A stretch of DNA of 64,000 nucleotides from Schmidtea polychroa (taxonomy: Eukaryota), in the NCBI GenBank assembly GCA_044892525.1, contig CM097887.1, forward strand, positions 134,022,397 through 134,086,396, in the 5' to 3' direction. The notes under the pieces were generated by a model. That model was not told the origin of the DNA. It was given only the letters and a program-made list of their open reading frames with translations, and made no database searches. Of the stretch, positions 1-12,400 are shown piece after piece; the first letter of the stretch is position 1, and each line of letters opens with the position of its first letter. Both the position numbers and the translations under genes were made by a program.

Positions 1-140
1 GGTCTTAATGAGAGGGGTGGTCCTATTATGGACTGTTATTTGTCCCAGTAAACTACTGTGTAAATTTGGTTCCGAAGAAATAGAGGTCTTAACTAGAGGT
101 GGTCTCTTTAGGGAGGTGGTCTTAAGTAGAGGTTTTACTG
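1..140. mobile_element. Right end of a pogo/Tigger-like (Tc1-mariner superfamily) non-autonomous element
   Basis: Ends ...GAGGTTTTACTG followed by TA (141-142), with repeated subterminal GAGGTGGTC(T) motifs. The left end is outside the window. Confidence 0.55.
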
Positions 141-936
141 TACAATATCAATTGAAAAGAAATCAGTGGCGAAAATTGAAAAAAAGTTCTTATTATATTT
201 AAAATCTTTAAAACAAGTCATTATTTCATCGAAAAAGTGACTTGCAGTCTCAACCGAGTAAACTATATTTGTATTCAAAACATGGGTAACAGAACCAAAT
301 TTTCATAATACAAAGAAATCCTAAATAAAATTGTAAATTATTAAGTCACATCATTTATACGAATTTTATTGTTTTCTCTGAATATGTATATATTTGTTAT
401 TTTATTATAGCTTGAGTCATTATAAATGGGGAAATGAAAGTTATAATCGTATATATGTGAGTTAATTAGCTTTGGTTATGAAAATTGGATTTGGCGTGTA
501 ACAATAACCCAGAAGGTAAAAGGGGTGACTAAGTTGATAACACTAGTATTAAGTAAGATTTTTTTATTGAAACCTAAAACCATGGGATTCAGAACATAGC
601 AGGTCTTAAGTGCTCAAATTTACTTTCTGATTCACTCAGATTATATTGTACAAACATCACGCATAATGGCTATGGTTTGGTTGACTTTGAGTTTGATGAA
701 AGTGGTGACTGTGAGCAATTGAAAAGCAAAATATACCCATGTGCTGATATACGGTAACTATGGAAACTGAAAATGGGAATATTTTTATATATTTGTTTTT
801 CGATTATGGCTAAGCTTTAGTAAGTGGTGAATATTTCATTCTGATTACAGAACAAAATTGCCAAGAATTTAAGTCTTGACTCCTAGGAACTTTGGCTCAT
901 TTAGTTACTAAATTTTTAAGCGATATTTAGGATTTA

Positions 937-1022
937 CAGTAAAATCATTTTTTACATGGTCTTTTTTTACACGATTTTGAAATATATAATTTCAAAAGAC
1001 CGTGTAAAAAAAGATTTTACTG
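937..1022. mobile_element. 86-bp fold-back MITE with TA target duplication
   Basis: TA|CAGTAAAATC...GATTTTACTG|TA. The arms (CAGTAAAATC-TTTTTTACAYGGTCTTTT) are nearly complementary. Confidence 0.7.
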
Positions 1023-1403
1023 TAAATTTTCTTAAATGAAAAACATGAAATAAAAAATATGTTCTGAATTTTGAATTATTTCATTTTAAAATTAAATTAA
1101 ATAATATTTTCTAAATATTAATTTTAAAATAATCACTTAAACTTTATTTGAAAAAATTTTTATTTAAAATTATTGCTTATAAATAAATTATCAACAATTC
1201 TTTTGATATTAATTTTATTACTGTTTGTTTTAATATTTTAATTTTAAGCGTCTGTAGTATTTTCCATTATCGGCATAGTTCGCGATAAATTAAATAGAAT
1301 TATTATTTTAGAAATTTCTTAGAATATTTTCCTAATTTTTATATTAATTGCTATTTTTTTGATTTAATTAACAAATTCTTAAATTTTTAAATTTACTTTT
1401 CAG

Positions 1404-3350
1404 GAAAATAAAAGTACAGTAGATTTAAATTCAAATGCGAGTAAAGGAAGAGCATTTTATGAAACTCCCATTGACAGACCTATTGCTTCATCTATTATAA
1501 ATGAAACTAGAACTTGGTTAAATACAGTTCAAACTAAACGACCATTTACACCTCAAACTGAAACTCGATCATTATTTGGAAATAATAGTCAACGTAATCC
1601 CGAAAGTAGACCACCAAGTGTTTTTAGTCTAGGTCCAAGAAATTTTGATACAAACCCTGCTGCCTTAGATTCATACAGCCGACCTAGTTCTGGTGCTAGA
1701 TTGGCCCCAATAAATGTAAAATTATCAATTATTAATAACATTTAATTTAACTGTGGATCTAAATATTTTTCATTTTACCAATTTATTAATTAGCATTATT
1801 TCTACTAGATATATAACACAAATTTTCAGCATTGTAATTTATCAGTTGTTATTTAATTTATTTAACCAATCGTTTGTTAACAGTGATTTTTATTTCTATT
1901 TTAGCTTAATTTTATTGAATAATAATTTTTTTAAATTTAAAAATGAAAGTAAAAAGAAAAGAAAAACATGTTATTTAGAAAAGAAGAATGAAGATGCATT
2001 ATGGGTTTGTTGCTTTGTTATTTAATATTGTGCCTGCTGGACCGGTGTTCATTTAAGAAGTATTTTAATACAAATCTTTCTGGGTACAGTTTATGGAGTG
2101 TATTATGATGCTTTCCGGTGTTTGGCTGTGTTTTATTTGCGCCAGAAACATTTCCTATGGTCAGCGTACGTTCACCAATTAGGTCGAAAATGAGTTGGAT
2201 ATTGGTGTAGAGCAGTGGTTCTCAACCAGTATTTAGCGGAACATCAGTGTTCCGCGAAAAAATGACATTTTATCTTTAAATTTGCATTTAAGATACATAT
2301 CATCAAAAACCTCAATTAATTTTTTTATGAGGTGATTCAATAAGAAAGCCGTTACACAGATACATAAACATACAAATATAAAAGTGTTTTTATTGCTTGT
2401 TATTGTGCGCGTGGTATTTTCTTTGCTTATAAGAAGGCATTGTTTACGTTTACGACAGATTTATAGTAATTTGTGATTGGTCACTCATTGTGGGCAAGTA
2501 TTTTTTTTTGTCAGTGTTTCGCGTAAAAAAATCATGTGAATGGTGTTCCGCGCTTTTATATTAATTGAGAACCACTGCTGTAGAGTTTGCTTGCGATAAG
2601 ATGAGAGATAATTTTTGATGTAGTGAAGTTCAAATAGAAAATGGCTAAAATGGGTGAAAGATTGATGTCCATGGTAGCTCTGAATACTGGGTGCTTATAA
2701 AATAACTGTTGCTTTGTAACATGTGACAGAAAGAAGAAACAATTAAATTCTTTACTCTTCTTGCTAATTTTCAACATGTCATCCATAATTGCTAACTGGA
2801 ATGTAAATACAATTCTGTACTTCTCTGGGAACCTTTTCCAACTGATATTCAGACAGACCAGAAATCACATTAGTTATTCTATTTTGCAAACAACTACTAA
2901 AAAATACTACTAAACAACTAAAAATCCTTTTAAAAGATTCTCACTTAAAAAGTCTCAAATATTTCTAATTGACACGGATTTACGGATAACCTATAAATAA
3001 GAATTATATGACAGCTGTTTATTTTATTTATTTAAAAAAGAAAATTTTGATTTAACTTTCAGAATATCATACAAATTTTTAATGTTATAATTGACAATTT
3101 TAAAAGATTAATAAAATTTTAGAAAATAAGTTTGAAAGATAAAGCAGCTCTAGAAAACAAATTTTTTAACGACATTAGACGCAATAGCAGTGCTTGGGAA
3201 GATCCAAAAGAACAACATGATTCAGAAAGACATCAATTTCAAAATGTGGAAAATTTTATAAAATCTCGAACTAATTCTCTCTCAAATAGTTAGTTTTATT
3301 GTTGTTGATTATTAGTAACGAATAATATTTATTATTTTTATTTAATTTAA

Positions 3351-3411
<61 letters not shown>

Positions 3412-6400
3412 TTTATGTATTCGAAATTTATTTCTTTGTTTGAGAATATTTTATTTCATTTTGATATTTTAAAGAGATAATTTAAAATCAATTACATATT
3501 TAAAATTTGCAAACATATTTGAAATGCTCGAATTTCAAAAAACTACACCGAATAACCTTCAAACTATCTTTTAATTTATTATACTTTGTTCTAATTTATT
3601 AACAAAACAAAATATTTCTTTTTGCTAAAGTCAAGTCAAGTCATCCTTGGATTCAGTAACCGCTTTTAATTCATTGTCTATAATTTTAAGCATTTCGAAT
3701 AATATCATAAAATTATTACTTGAAGGATTTCATAAACTATCTCTATTCTAATCATCAATCTGCGATTTTAAAAAATGTAATTTTTCTATTGAAATTTGTA
3801 ATTAACAATAAAAACGCAAAAAACATCTATATAATTAATGTTAACACGTTGTTAGCGGGAAATGAGTAAACACGTGTTTTGTATAATATCACCAGAGTGC
3901 GCGGCAGCCGACAAAACACCAACGTGTAAAAACTGATATTCGACGAAGTGAAGATTACGCATCACTTGATGTCACTATGTATGTACCTGTCAAAAATCGC
4001 CCACTTTTCGACGTGGAACAATTTGGTAATGATGGAAGATTTGTTTTGAATTATTTTAAAGCTTTCTTAAAATGAATCAAATTTTCAAAGTATTTTAAAA
4101 GTTTGAAAACGATGAAACTTATGTACAAGGAGAAATATAGTAAAATTGTTGTAAATAATAATGTCGAATATCTAACATATGTTGCCATCTACAATTGATC
4201 TCCCATAATATTCCTATTATCTTTATCTTTAATAACAAAATATCTCATAACGTAGAAGTTTCAAGAAATATATCCCTCTTGGTAAAGGAATGTGTATCAC
4301 TGTAATTGAATTGTTTTGGATATTTTAAACTAATCATCAATAAATTAGTATCCAATATCAACGAAAAACAATCTAATGCAAAAAGGAAAAAGGAAGTTCC
4401 TCATTCTGAATTAAATTGGACGGGATTACCACCAACATCCCCAACAAGAACAAAGTAGTCAATTTAATAAAAAATAATTAGTTTTAACATTTAATAAGGC
4501 CTAAACTTAAACCTTCAGTATCTATTCAATATCTGAGTACTGACAAACGAATCAGCTCAGGCGAACTTTCTAGTAGAGGATCTTCTGCTGAACAAAGTAC
4601 TAGAATGTCTTCCCCAAAACCTAATAGACAAAAGTTTATGACCAGCAATCGTCCCGATAGTGGTTCATCATGTTCATCTACATCAAGCGCCAAAGCTTAC
4701 AGAACTCAGCCACATAAAGCAAGGGTAATTAAATTCTGTTGCTTTTAGACGTTAAATTTTGTTAATCATTAAAAATTAAAAACAATTTTTATAAATATTT
4801 TATAAAATGCAACAATTCTAAATATAAATTTATATTTATTTAATAAACTATAATATTGTGGAATTAATAAAAATTATTGTGAATAGTAATCTTTTTAGCC
4901 AAATATCCCAAACAAGCGCGATTCTGGGTGAAAACATTTTCTTATTTTTTGTTTTAATTATTTGTTTAAATTCAGTCATTTTAATTTATTTGTTTAAATC
5001 ATTCCTTTCTTGTTTTAATCTAAAGTTCTTATAAAATTTAATTTTTTAATTTTTAAAATTTTTTTATATTTTTCACAAATAAAAAGCCTAAAAATCAATT
5101 CTCAATAGAAAGGCCCTGGAACTTGTCCCCAATAATAAAGTCTAATAAAGGATTTTTCAACAAAGTAATTTTAACCACTATTTTTATTTTTAAATGCAAC
5201 ATTTATTAAATTTTAGACACATTAGATAGAGTTATTAATATTGGTTATCTACAATATCAAATTAGAAAAAAAATTAAAGAAATAGATGAAATATTAAGCA
5301 TTTTAAGTTATTCTATGAAAACGCTTTTAAAATAGAAAAAGAATGTAATTAGGAGAAAATAGTGTCAAAAGGGAAGAATTAAAATCTGGAATCGCTACAG
5401 CTAACAATGGAAACGAAGAGTATATTAAACAATAGTATCCATACAATTATGCCAACAATGTTCAGTTGCTATATATTTGTTGTATGATAGCTTCATTAAA
5501 TGCATTACCAAAGGCACGATGACACAAATCAAACAATTCTTTCATGAAAATCGTAATATAGTAGTTCCTAAACTTTCTCTAAGTTTTCCTACCATTTGTC
5601 ATGAAACAATAGTTGCGTCCGCCTCAATTTTTATAACAATCTATGCTTATAAATGCTGTCCATATATTATAATTTCTTTAATGAACTTCAATACTATATA
5701 CTATATTTTGTATAAATGTAGTTATTATTCATCAAAATATATTTATTTATTATGGTATTTAGGAAATTCAATACCGGTATTTCGGTATTAAAAATTCAAA
5801 TACCTGTATTTAAAAAAAATTAAATTTCATACAAAAAATGTTGTTTCAATTTTTATTTGAAGTAAAAAACATAACTTCATTAATCATTAACATATCACAT
5901 AATATTAAAAAAAAGTTTTCGAAAACTTATATACCTATAGGTATACATATACTTACTTTAAGCATTCTTAGTATCCCTAAAATATGATCTCAACATACAA
6001 AGATAATCTAGGGTTTCGTCGTTCAACCTTAATCTCAGCTTATTTAGCAAAATACCAGTTAATGAAAACGCTCTTTCAGATTCCACAGATGTTGGTTGAA
6101 CCATAAGAAGCAAATCATACACCTGTTACAAATATACTCCACTTGTTCCCTCATCTTCAAAAATACTCATTTCCTTTTGTAGACACTTGACTAGATCATG
6201 AACTAAACGAGTTTATTTCACAGCAACTGTGTAATTCAGTTTTTTACAAATCGCTTGATCTAATTTCTTTTTCATTAAGTTTTTACTTCCAAACTCAGAC
6301 TCAGTTTCATCTTCCGTTTTTGCAATAAACTCGACATCATCTACCACGAGTTCCTCTATGGTCTCATCATTGGGTTTCCATAGCCTCCTTTGATTTACTA

Positions 6401-9400
6401 CGTTTAAAAGACACTTGGAGTCCACTTGTCGAGCAACCAGCAGTTTTAATAGTTTTTGAACACGTTTGCATTTCGCATAATGACCATGTAATTATTTAAG
6501 ATAGTAAAACCAAATCGAATTTTTATCTTCTGATTTTTGATGTAGGATAACTTTCAAATTTTCTTCCATGGCAGGGCAGGTATTAAAAATCTGTTATGTA
6601 GGATTAAATTATCATAATTTAATTATAAATAATGCATACAAATTAAACTAAAAAAACACAAAATTTATAAGCAACAATTAAAAAAAACAGAATTTTGTGA
6701 GTTTTTAATGAAATTATATTTAAAAGAATTATTGAATTAGTTAATTAGTTTGTTTAAAAAAGAGCAATTTAGATTGATTTAGTTTGAATTTCAATTCTAC
6801 CTGACGATGACAGTGATTCTGTCGAAATATATTGTAGTAAAATATATATATTGGATTTGGTGTTTTTCGTTATATTTAAATCAATGTCATTATTTAGTGG
6901 CTGTTATAATAAATTATATTATTGTCAAATTATATCACATCTCTATCCTACTTGATAATGATATTTAGACTGTGAAAATATATATTAAAGCGGATGTCTA
7001 ATTGGCGCATTTGAATAATTAAACCATCACCATTTTTTTATTTTATGACAATTTGTTAAATATTTTGAATTTATCTGTCGTCTAATATCTTAAAGAAAAT
7101 TGTTTGGAAATATTTGATTTATGACTTGTTACCAAACATTTTGTGAATGATTATTTAAAATATAAATATTTAGAGCCAAAGTCGTCATGATTGTTCAGAA
7201 GAATCTGAAACTCCTCGACCTCAAAAAAATGGTAGTGGAGAAAGAAATAAATCCCTTAAAAATAAATTTAGTAATAAACCCCAGAGTGATGAACAAGATA
7301 TTTTTTTTAAAGATACACTAGCTCCTATATTAGATATTTTAAGTGCTCCTGTTGAATTCAGAAAGCAAAATAGTACTGAAGACTTTATTAATTTGACTAA
7401 GTTACTTTATTCTAAACTTGATGAAAAAAGCTTGTTGGGAGAACATTGTGTTTTCCGTTCAGATATTTTGAAAGCAGTGTTCAAAGTTCTCGATTCAAAA
7501 AATCCAATACTAGTCATTTCTGCAGCAAAGATCATTTTATCAGTGAGATTTATTTTCAATTTGTTAAATTGCAAAGATATTTTTTTTAAATAACGAATAA
7601 AATTTCTCTGTTTCTCTTAAACTTATTTGCTTTTAAAATAAATGAAATATCATTAAAGAAAATAGTTCAAAAGTTGCACCAAGAAAACAAAGATTTTACA
7701 AAAGATTTTACAAAAGATAAAAAACAAAAGTTTAAACAATCCTAACTCAAAAAATTAGAAAAAATTTGAGAGAAAATTCTATTTTATTAAAAATAAGAAT
7801 GAGCACATTTTTTGAAAGAAAAGCTTATGTTCATAATGTTAAATACAAAATTATAAAAAAATATAAAAAATATATAAAAAAAATACAAAATTACAAAATT
7901 ATTTATCTACATAAATAGTCAGTTATTATAAAATAAGAATAATAATGATAAATAGTTAATCTAAATAATCTAATAACATCAATAATATTTCATTTAAATG
8001 TTTTATAAATAATATATAATACTGATCAATAATTTAATATTAATTTAATACTTCTATTAATTACAACTATAGTTAATTGAAATTAATGTAATATATAAAA
8101 CATGAAATTCTTAAGAAATAAACAAGACAAGGATTCAACGATTAATGGATACTGAGATTGGAAACTATAAAATCCACGTGAAAATGTAAAATTTCTATTA
8201 AATAAGTATGAGAAAAAATCGAAATACATTAGAAGTATGAAAAAAGAAATATGAGACGAAATGAGAAGTTTATAAGCGGAGACAATATAAGGAACAAAAT
8301 AAAAGTAAAGTTTTATTGCAGAACTATTGGTTACAGTACCGAAGAAAAAGAGAAGTTTAAGACTGTTTCTGAAGCGGACGAAAATACCTTAAGAAGTATA
8401 AAATCAAAATTCATAAATGAAATAAATACAGCGAAGAGATTTTAAATACGACTGATAAAAGTGAAAGAAATAAATGCAGTTTTCATAGAAAAATACTAAT
8501 AAAGTATTTAAAAGCATAGTAAAAAATGTAGAAATATTTACATGGCTCCAAGATTTGATTTAAGATATTCAGATCTCGTAAAACTCGAGAGAAGGTTTAC
8601 TAGAATTCCATCAATGGAATATTCAAGAAGACAACAGATGATTTAGAACAGAAAATAGAGAAAAGGCTAATGAAAAGCCAATGTGATAAAAATTGCAAAA
8701 CAGCGCTTAGTAAATAGTAAAGAAACAGAATTTGATTGGTAAAAATATACATTGATTACAGAAAATTTAATGTCAATAAATCAACAAACAAGATCGAATT
8801 AATTTTTACATAAAATACAATTTTTTTTTGAGGAATAAAAAACTAATTTTCAATATAATTCCAATTGAAAGGTAAAAGCAATCTTTCAGATTTAACCAAA
8901 TTTTAAAAATTTCATTTTTTTTATAAAAATTTGTTTAATATTAATCATGAAACTGATTATTTTAAAATTTTCAATCTCTATCGAAATTGTCGTGAATATA
9001 TTATTGTTCATTGTTTTAGATGATAGTTCGAGATGTAAATTTACTAAATATCTGCAAACTCATATACAGAGTATCAAAAAATAAAAACAATGACAAAATA
9101 TTTGAGGAATTCGAAATGGCAAGTATGTGACAATAAATTACATTTTATTCACTCTAAATTGATTGAGATTTTTTATTATTATTTTTATTATATTTAAACT
9201 ATTCTATTATTTAAAACAATAAAATGATAATTTAAGCATTTTGCTGCAAATAATGTATTTAATGAAAAAATTTTCGACTATAAGATAGTCCTCAAGGAGA
9301 TTGTCAAGGACTATCTTATAGTCGAAAATTTTTTCATTAAATACATTATTTGCAGCAAAAGACTTAAATTATCATTTTATTGTTTTAAATAATAAATGTT

Positions 9401-12400
9401 GCTACCAAGAAACTTTATATTCTATTATTTAATATTTTAAGCTAATTTTTAATTTGAGTACTTTAATAATTTAAAACAAAATAGAATGAAATTGACATTT
9501 TCCCTTAATTTCTACTATAACGATACATTGTACCACACAATTTGTGCGTTTAATAAATCACTGGCCTAATATTGAATTAAAAATAATTACTAGATCATTT
9601 TTAATTTAGAAGAAAATGAAGTTAGTTTTACTCTGTCATTTTTCTCTATAATAATAACGTCAGAGTTTTGAAAAATTGTCAAAGTCATGATTTTACCAAT
9701 AGAATATTTAAGTGTGATGAAATTCTTTATTTTGCAAAAGAAAGCCATTAGTGAAATTCATAAGTTTTTGCTAGTACATATCAGAGGGATATTTCATCTT
9801 TATAAACTGTGAAGAACTGAGTAGATACATGTAGAGGTGGTAGCACATCAGTTTTTGATGTTCACAGGAAGTTTCTGAAAATTATGCTGGAAGAGCGAAG
9901 AATTAGCATTCACACAGCATTCATACATTTTGATATCAGTATGGGAAGTGTGCATGAACAACTGAAGACTGTATGTGTGGGAAAATTGGTGACAAATTCT
10001 AGTATGAGACTCTATTTAGCGCATATATCTTAAACGTAAACAGCAATCATTAAATGAACTGAAAATTTTATATGAGAACCTAAACTGATCTTTTGGAATA
10101 TTGACACATGCTTATATTTTGGATTTTAAATTATTACAGACAGCTATTTTAAAATTGAGTTCTACTGATTCGTAGAAATTTCAATAAAAGAATTTTCTTA
10201 TCCGAATAAAACAAAAGATAAAGTTCAAAGAATTCGGATAAAACATTAATGTATAAAATTTTTATACTGAAAATTTAAGAAATTTTTTTACACATTTTTC
10301 TAACGTTGAAAATTTGTTTTAATAATAAAAAATGGAAAAAAATTGATTCAAGTGTCTAAAGGTGAAATACTTACTCAAAATATATGAAATAATTGGATAT
10401 GTTGAAAATCTTGAAGATCGTAATCAAAAAATTATTTATAAAGATATTGCTGAAAAGTTGACATCATATTTATTAAAATATTGACTATAAATCAGTGATG
10501 ATATCGATGATTTTTGATATTCACGAATTTTTGACATAGCCTTTTTCAAGTGATTTTGATCATTATTTATATTTTTTTGAAAAAATATGGAAAAAATAAA
10601 TTTATTTTTAATTTTATATTGATATTAATGGTTAATTTTAATTTGAAATAATATTGAATTTTAAATTATTTGATTTGAATTTCAAAGTTTTAAATGTCCC
10701 TGATATTTAAGTTAGTTGATAGTTGATGGATGGAGATTCAGTGGCTAATCTTTGTAATGTATTTTTGAATGCGTCTTGTAGTATTTGGCATTTTGTTTCG
10801 TGTAAGAGTGGTGCTGATTTGTGTATTTTTTCCAGTGTTCGTCATAATTACTGGTTTTATTTTTGATGTGTTCATTTGATTCTTGTTTGGAATGTTATAT
10901 TTGTTTCCCCTATGTACGTTGCGTCGCATCTTGTGCAAGTAATTTGACATACAATGTTTTTCGAACAGAAAAAAAACAATTGGTAGAAAGGCAATAGAGA
11001 CAATTTCGATGAAAAGGTCTGATGTTGGACATTTTTGAGATTTTCGAATTTGTGATTTTAAATGTGCAGTGGTGATGAAGGATGGGCTAATATGTACTGG
11101 TAAATCTATATTGCGAATAAAAGATCTGATTATATTACATGTATTATTTACGAACTCTTTTGGGTATCTATTTTATAAAAACGTATTTTTAAGTTTTTAA
11201 GATTTTCTTATCTTTTTGTTGTCAGAACAGTTCATTATTGGTTTTTTCTCTCTTCTGTTAATAGCGCAATTTTTCGTTGAAACGGAACATGACTTTCCCA
11301 AGGAAGAAAATTTTAATAGAAAAACGCCGATTTTTGAATGATTTACTATGCAAAAATTGCCGACAATTGATTTATCTGATTCTTATACCTCTAAATTATA
11401 ACAAATCAAATGAAAATGAACGACTTCTATTCATAAAACATAACAAAATTGATTCGGTAAAATAAATGTTAAAATTATAATTTTTATTTATGAATCAAAT
11501 TTACAAAGTGTGTACAATATTTATAAGGTTGAAAGAACTGGATTAAATGAATTCGTGCTTGGTAACCCACAAGAGATCTGTTTGTCGTTTGTAATCTAAT
11601 GATCTACACAGATGGGTAAGAAGTCATTTATTTTGAGGATCCTCTGGTACGACGAAAGCGGTTCAAAGATTTGTACAATAAGACTACTATAAAACTGGGT
11701 AGGATGTCTTCAGTTAATACGACCGCTTTAATTAGTAAATATTAAAACAACCTCGGGATAACAAATATCCCGTATGGTTAGTGAATAACGAATGCATTCA
11801 CAAATAAGCTCGAAAATCTGATTCCAGATAGGATGTATCCTCGAGGTTTCACTTACATAAATAATTTTATTAACTTTCGGATTGTCGAATGATTACTCTG
11901 CGACATCTCCTGTTTTACTTTTTTCTCTTGAATTTCAAGCACTTTATATACCATTTTTTTGTTGTAGATAAATTTCACTTGGCTTTAATTATGCAGCTAT
12001 TTTGGTTCTTAATCAGAATAACAAATTTCCTTCTTGTCGACAATATAATTTTTTTTTAGGTTTTACACTTTCTCTCTTTACCGAATTGGCTTCCAGTTAA
12101 TTACGTCCTTCATTCATTTACAGGAGTTTATCTATTAAAAATTAAGGTTATAATTTATTTATAAATTACTGTTTTGGAGTGTTTCCAATTAACTAATTTC
12201 TAATTCGGTAAATACGTCTTCCGAATCTATTAAAAGTTGCTCTTTGACGACTCCACTCTAATTTTAGTAATTTTAAATTACTATTTTCTACTAGTTAGTT
12301 GTGAGGCGCCCGTTGAAAAATAAAAAAATACTTTAATATATTTACTATAAATTATGCAAATTTAATGAAGAGCCCCTTGAAAAACTACAGTGCCTGTCAA

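Noticed and set aside
260-1400. Candidate ATG exons for ARMC2
   Set aside because: None of the ATG-plus-donor combinations I checked gave the required phase 0.
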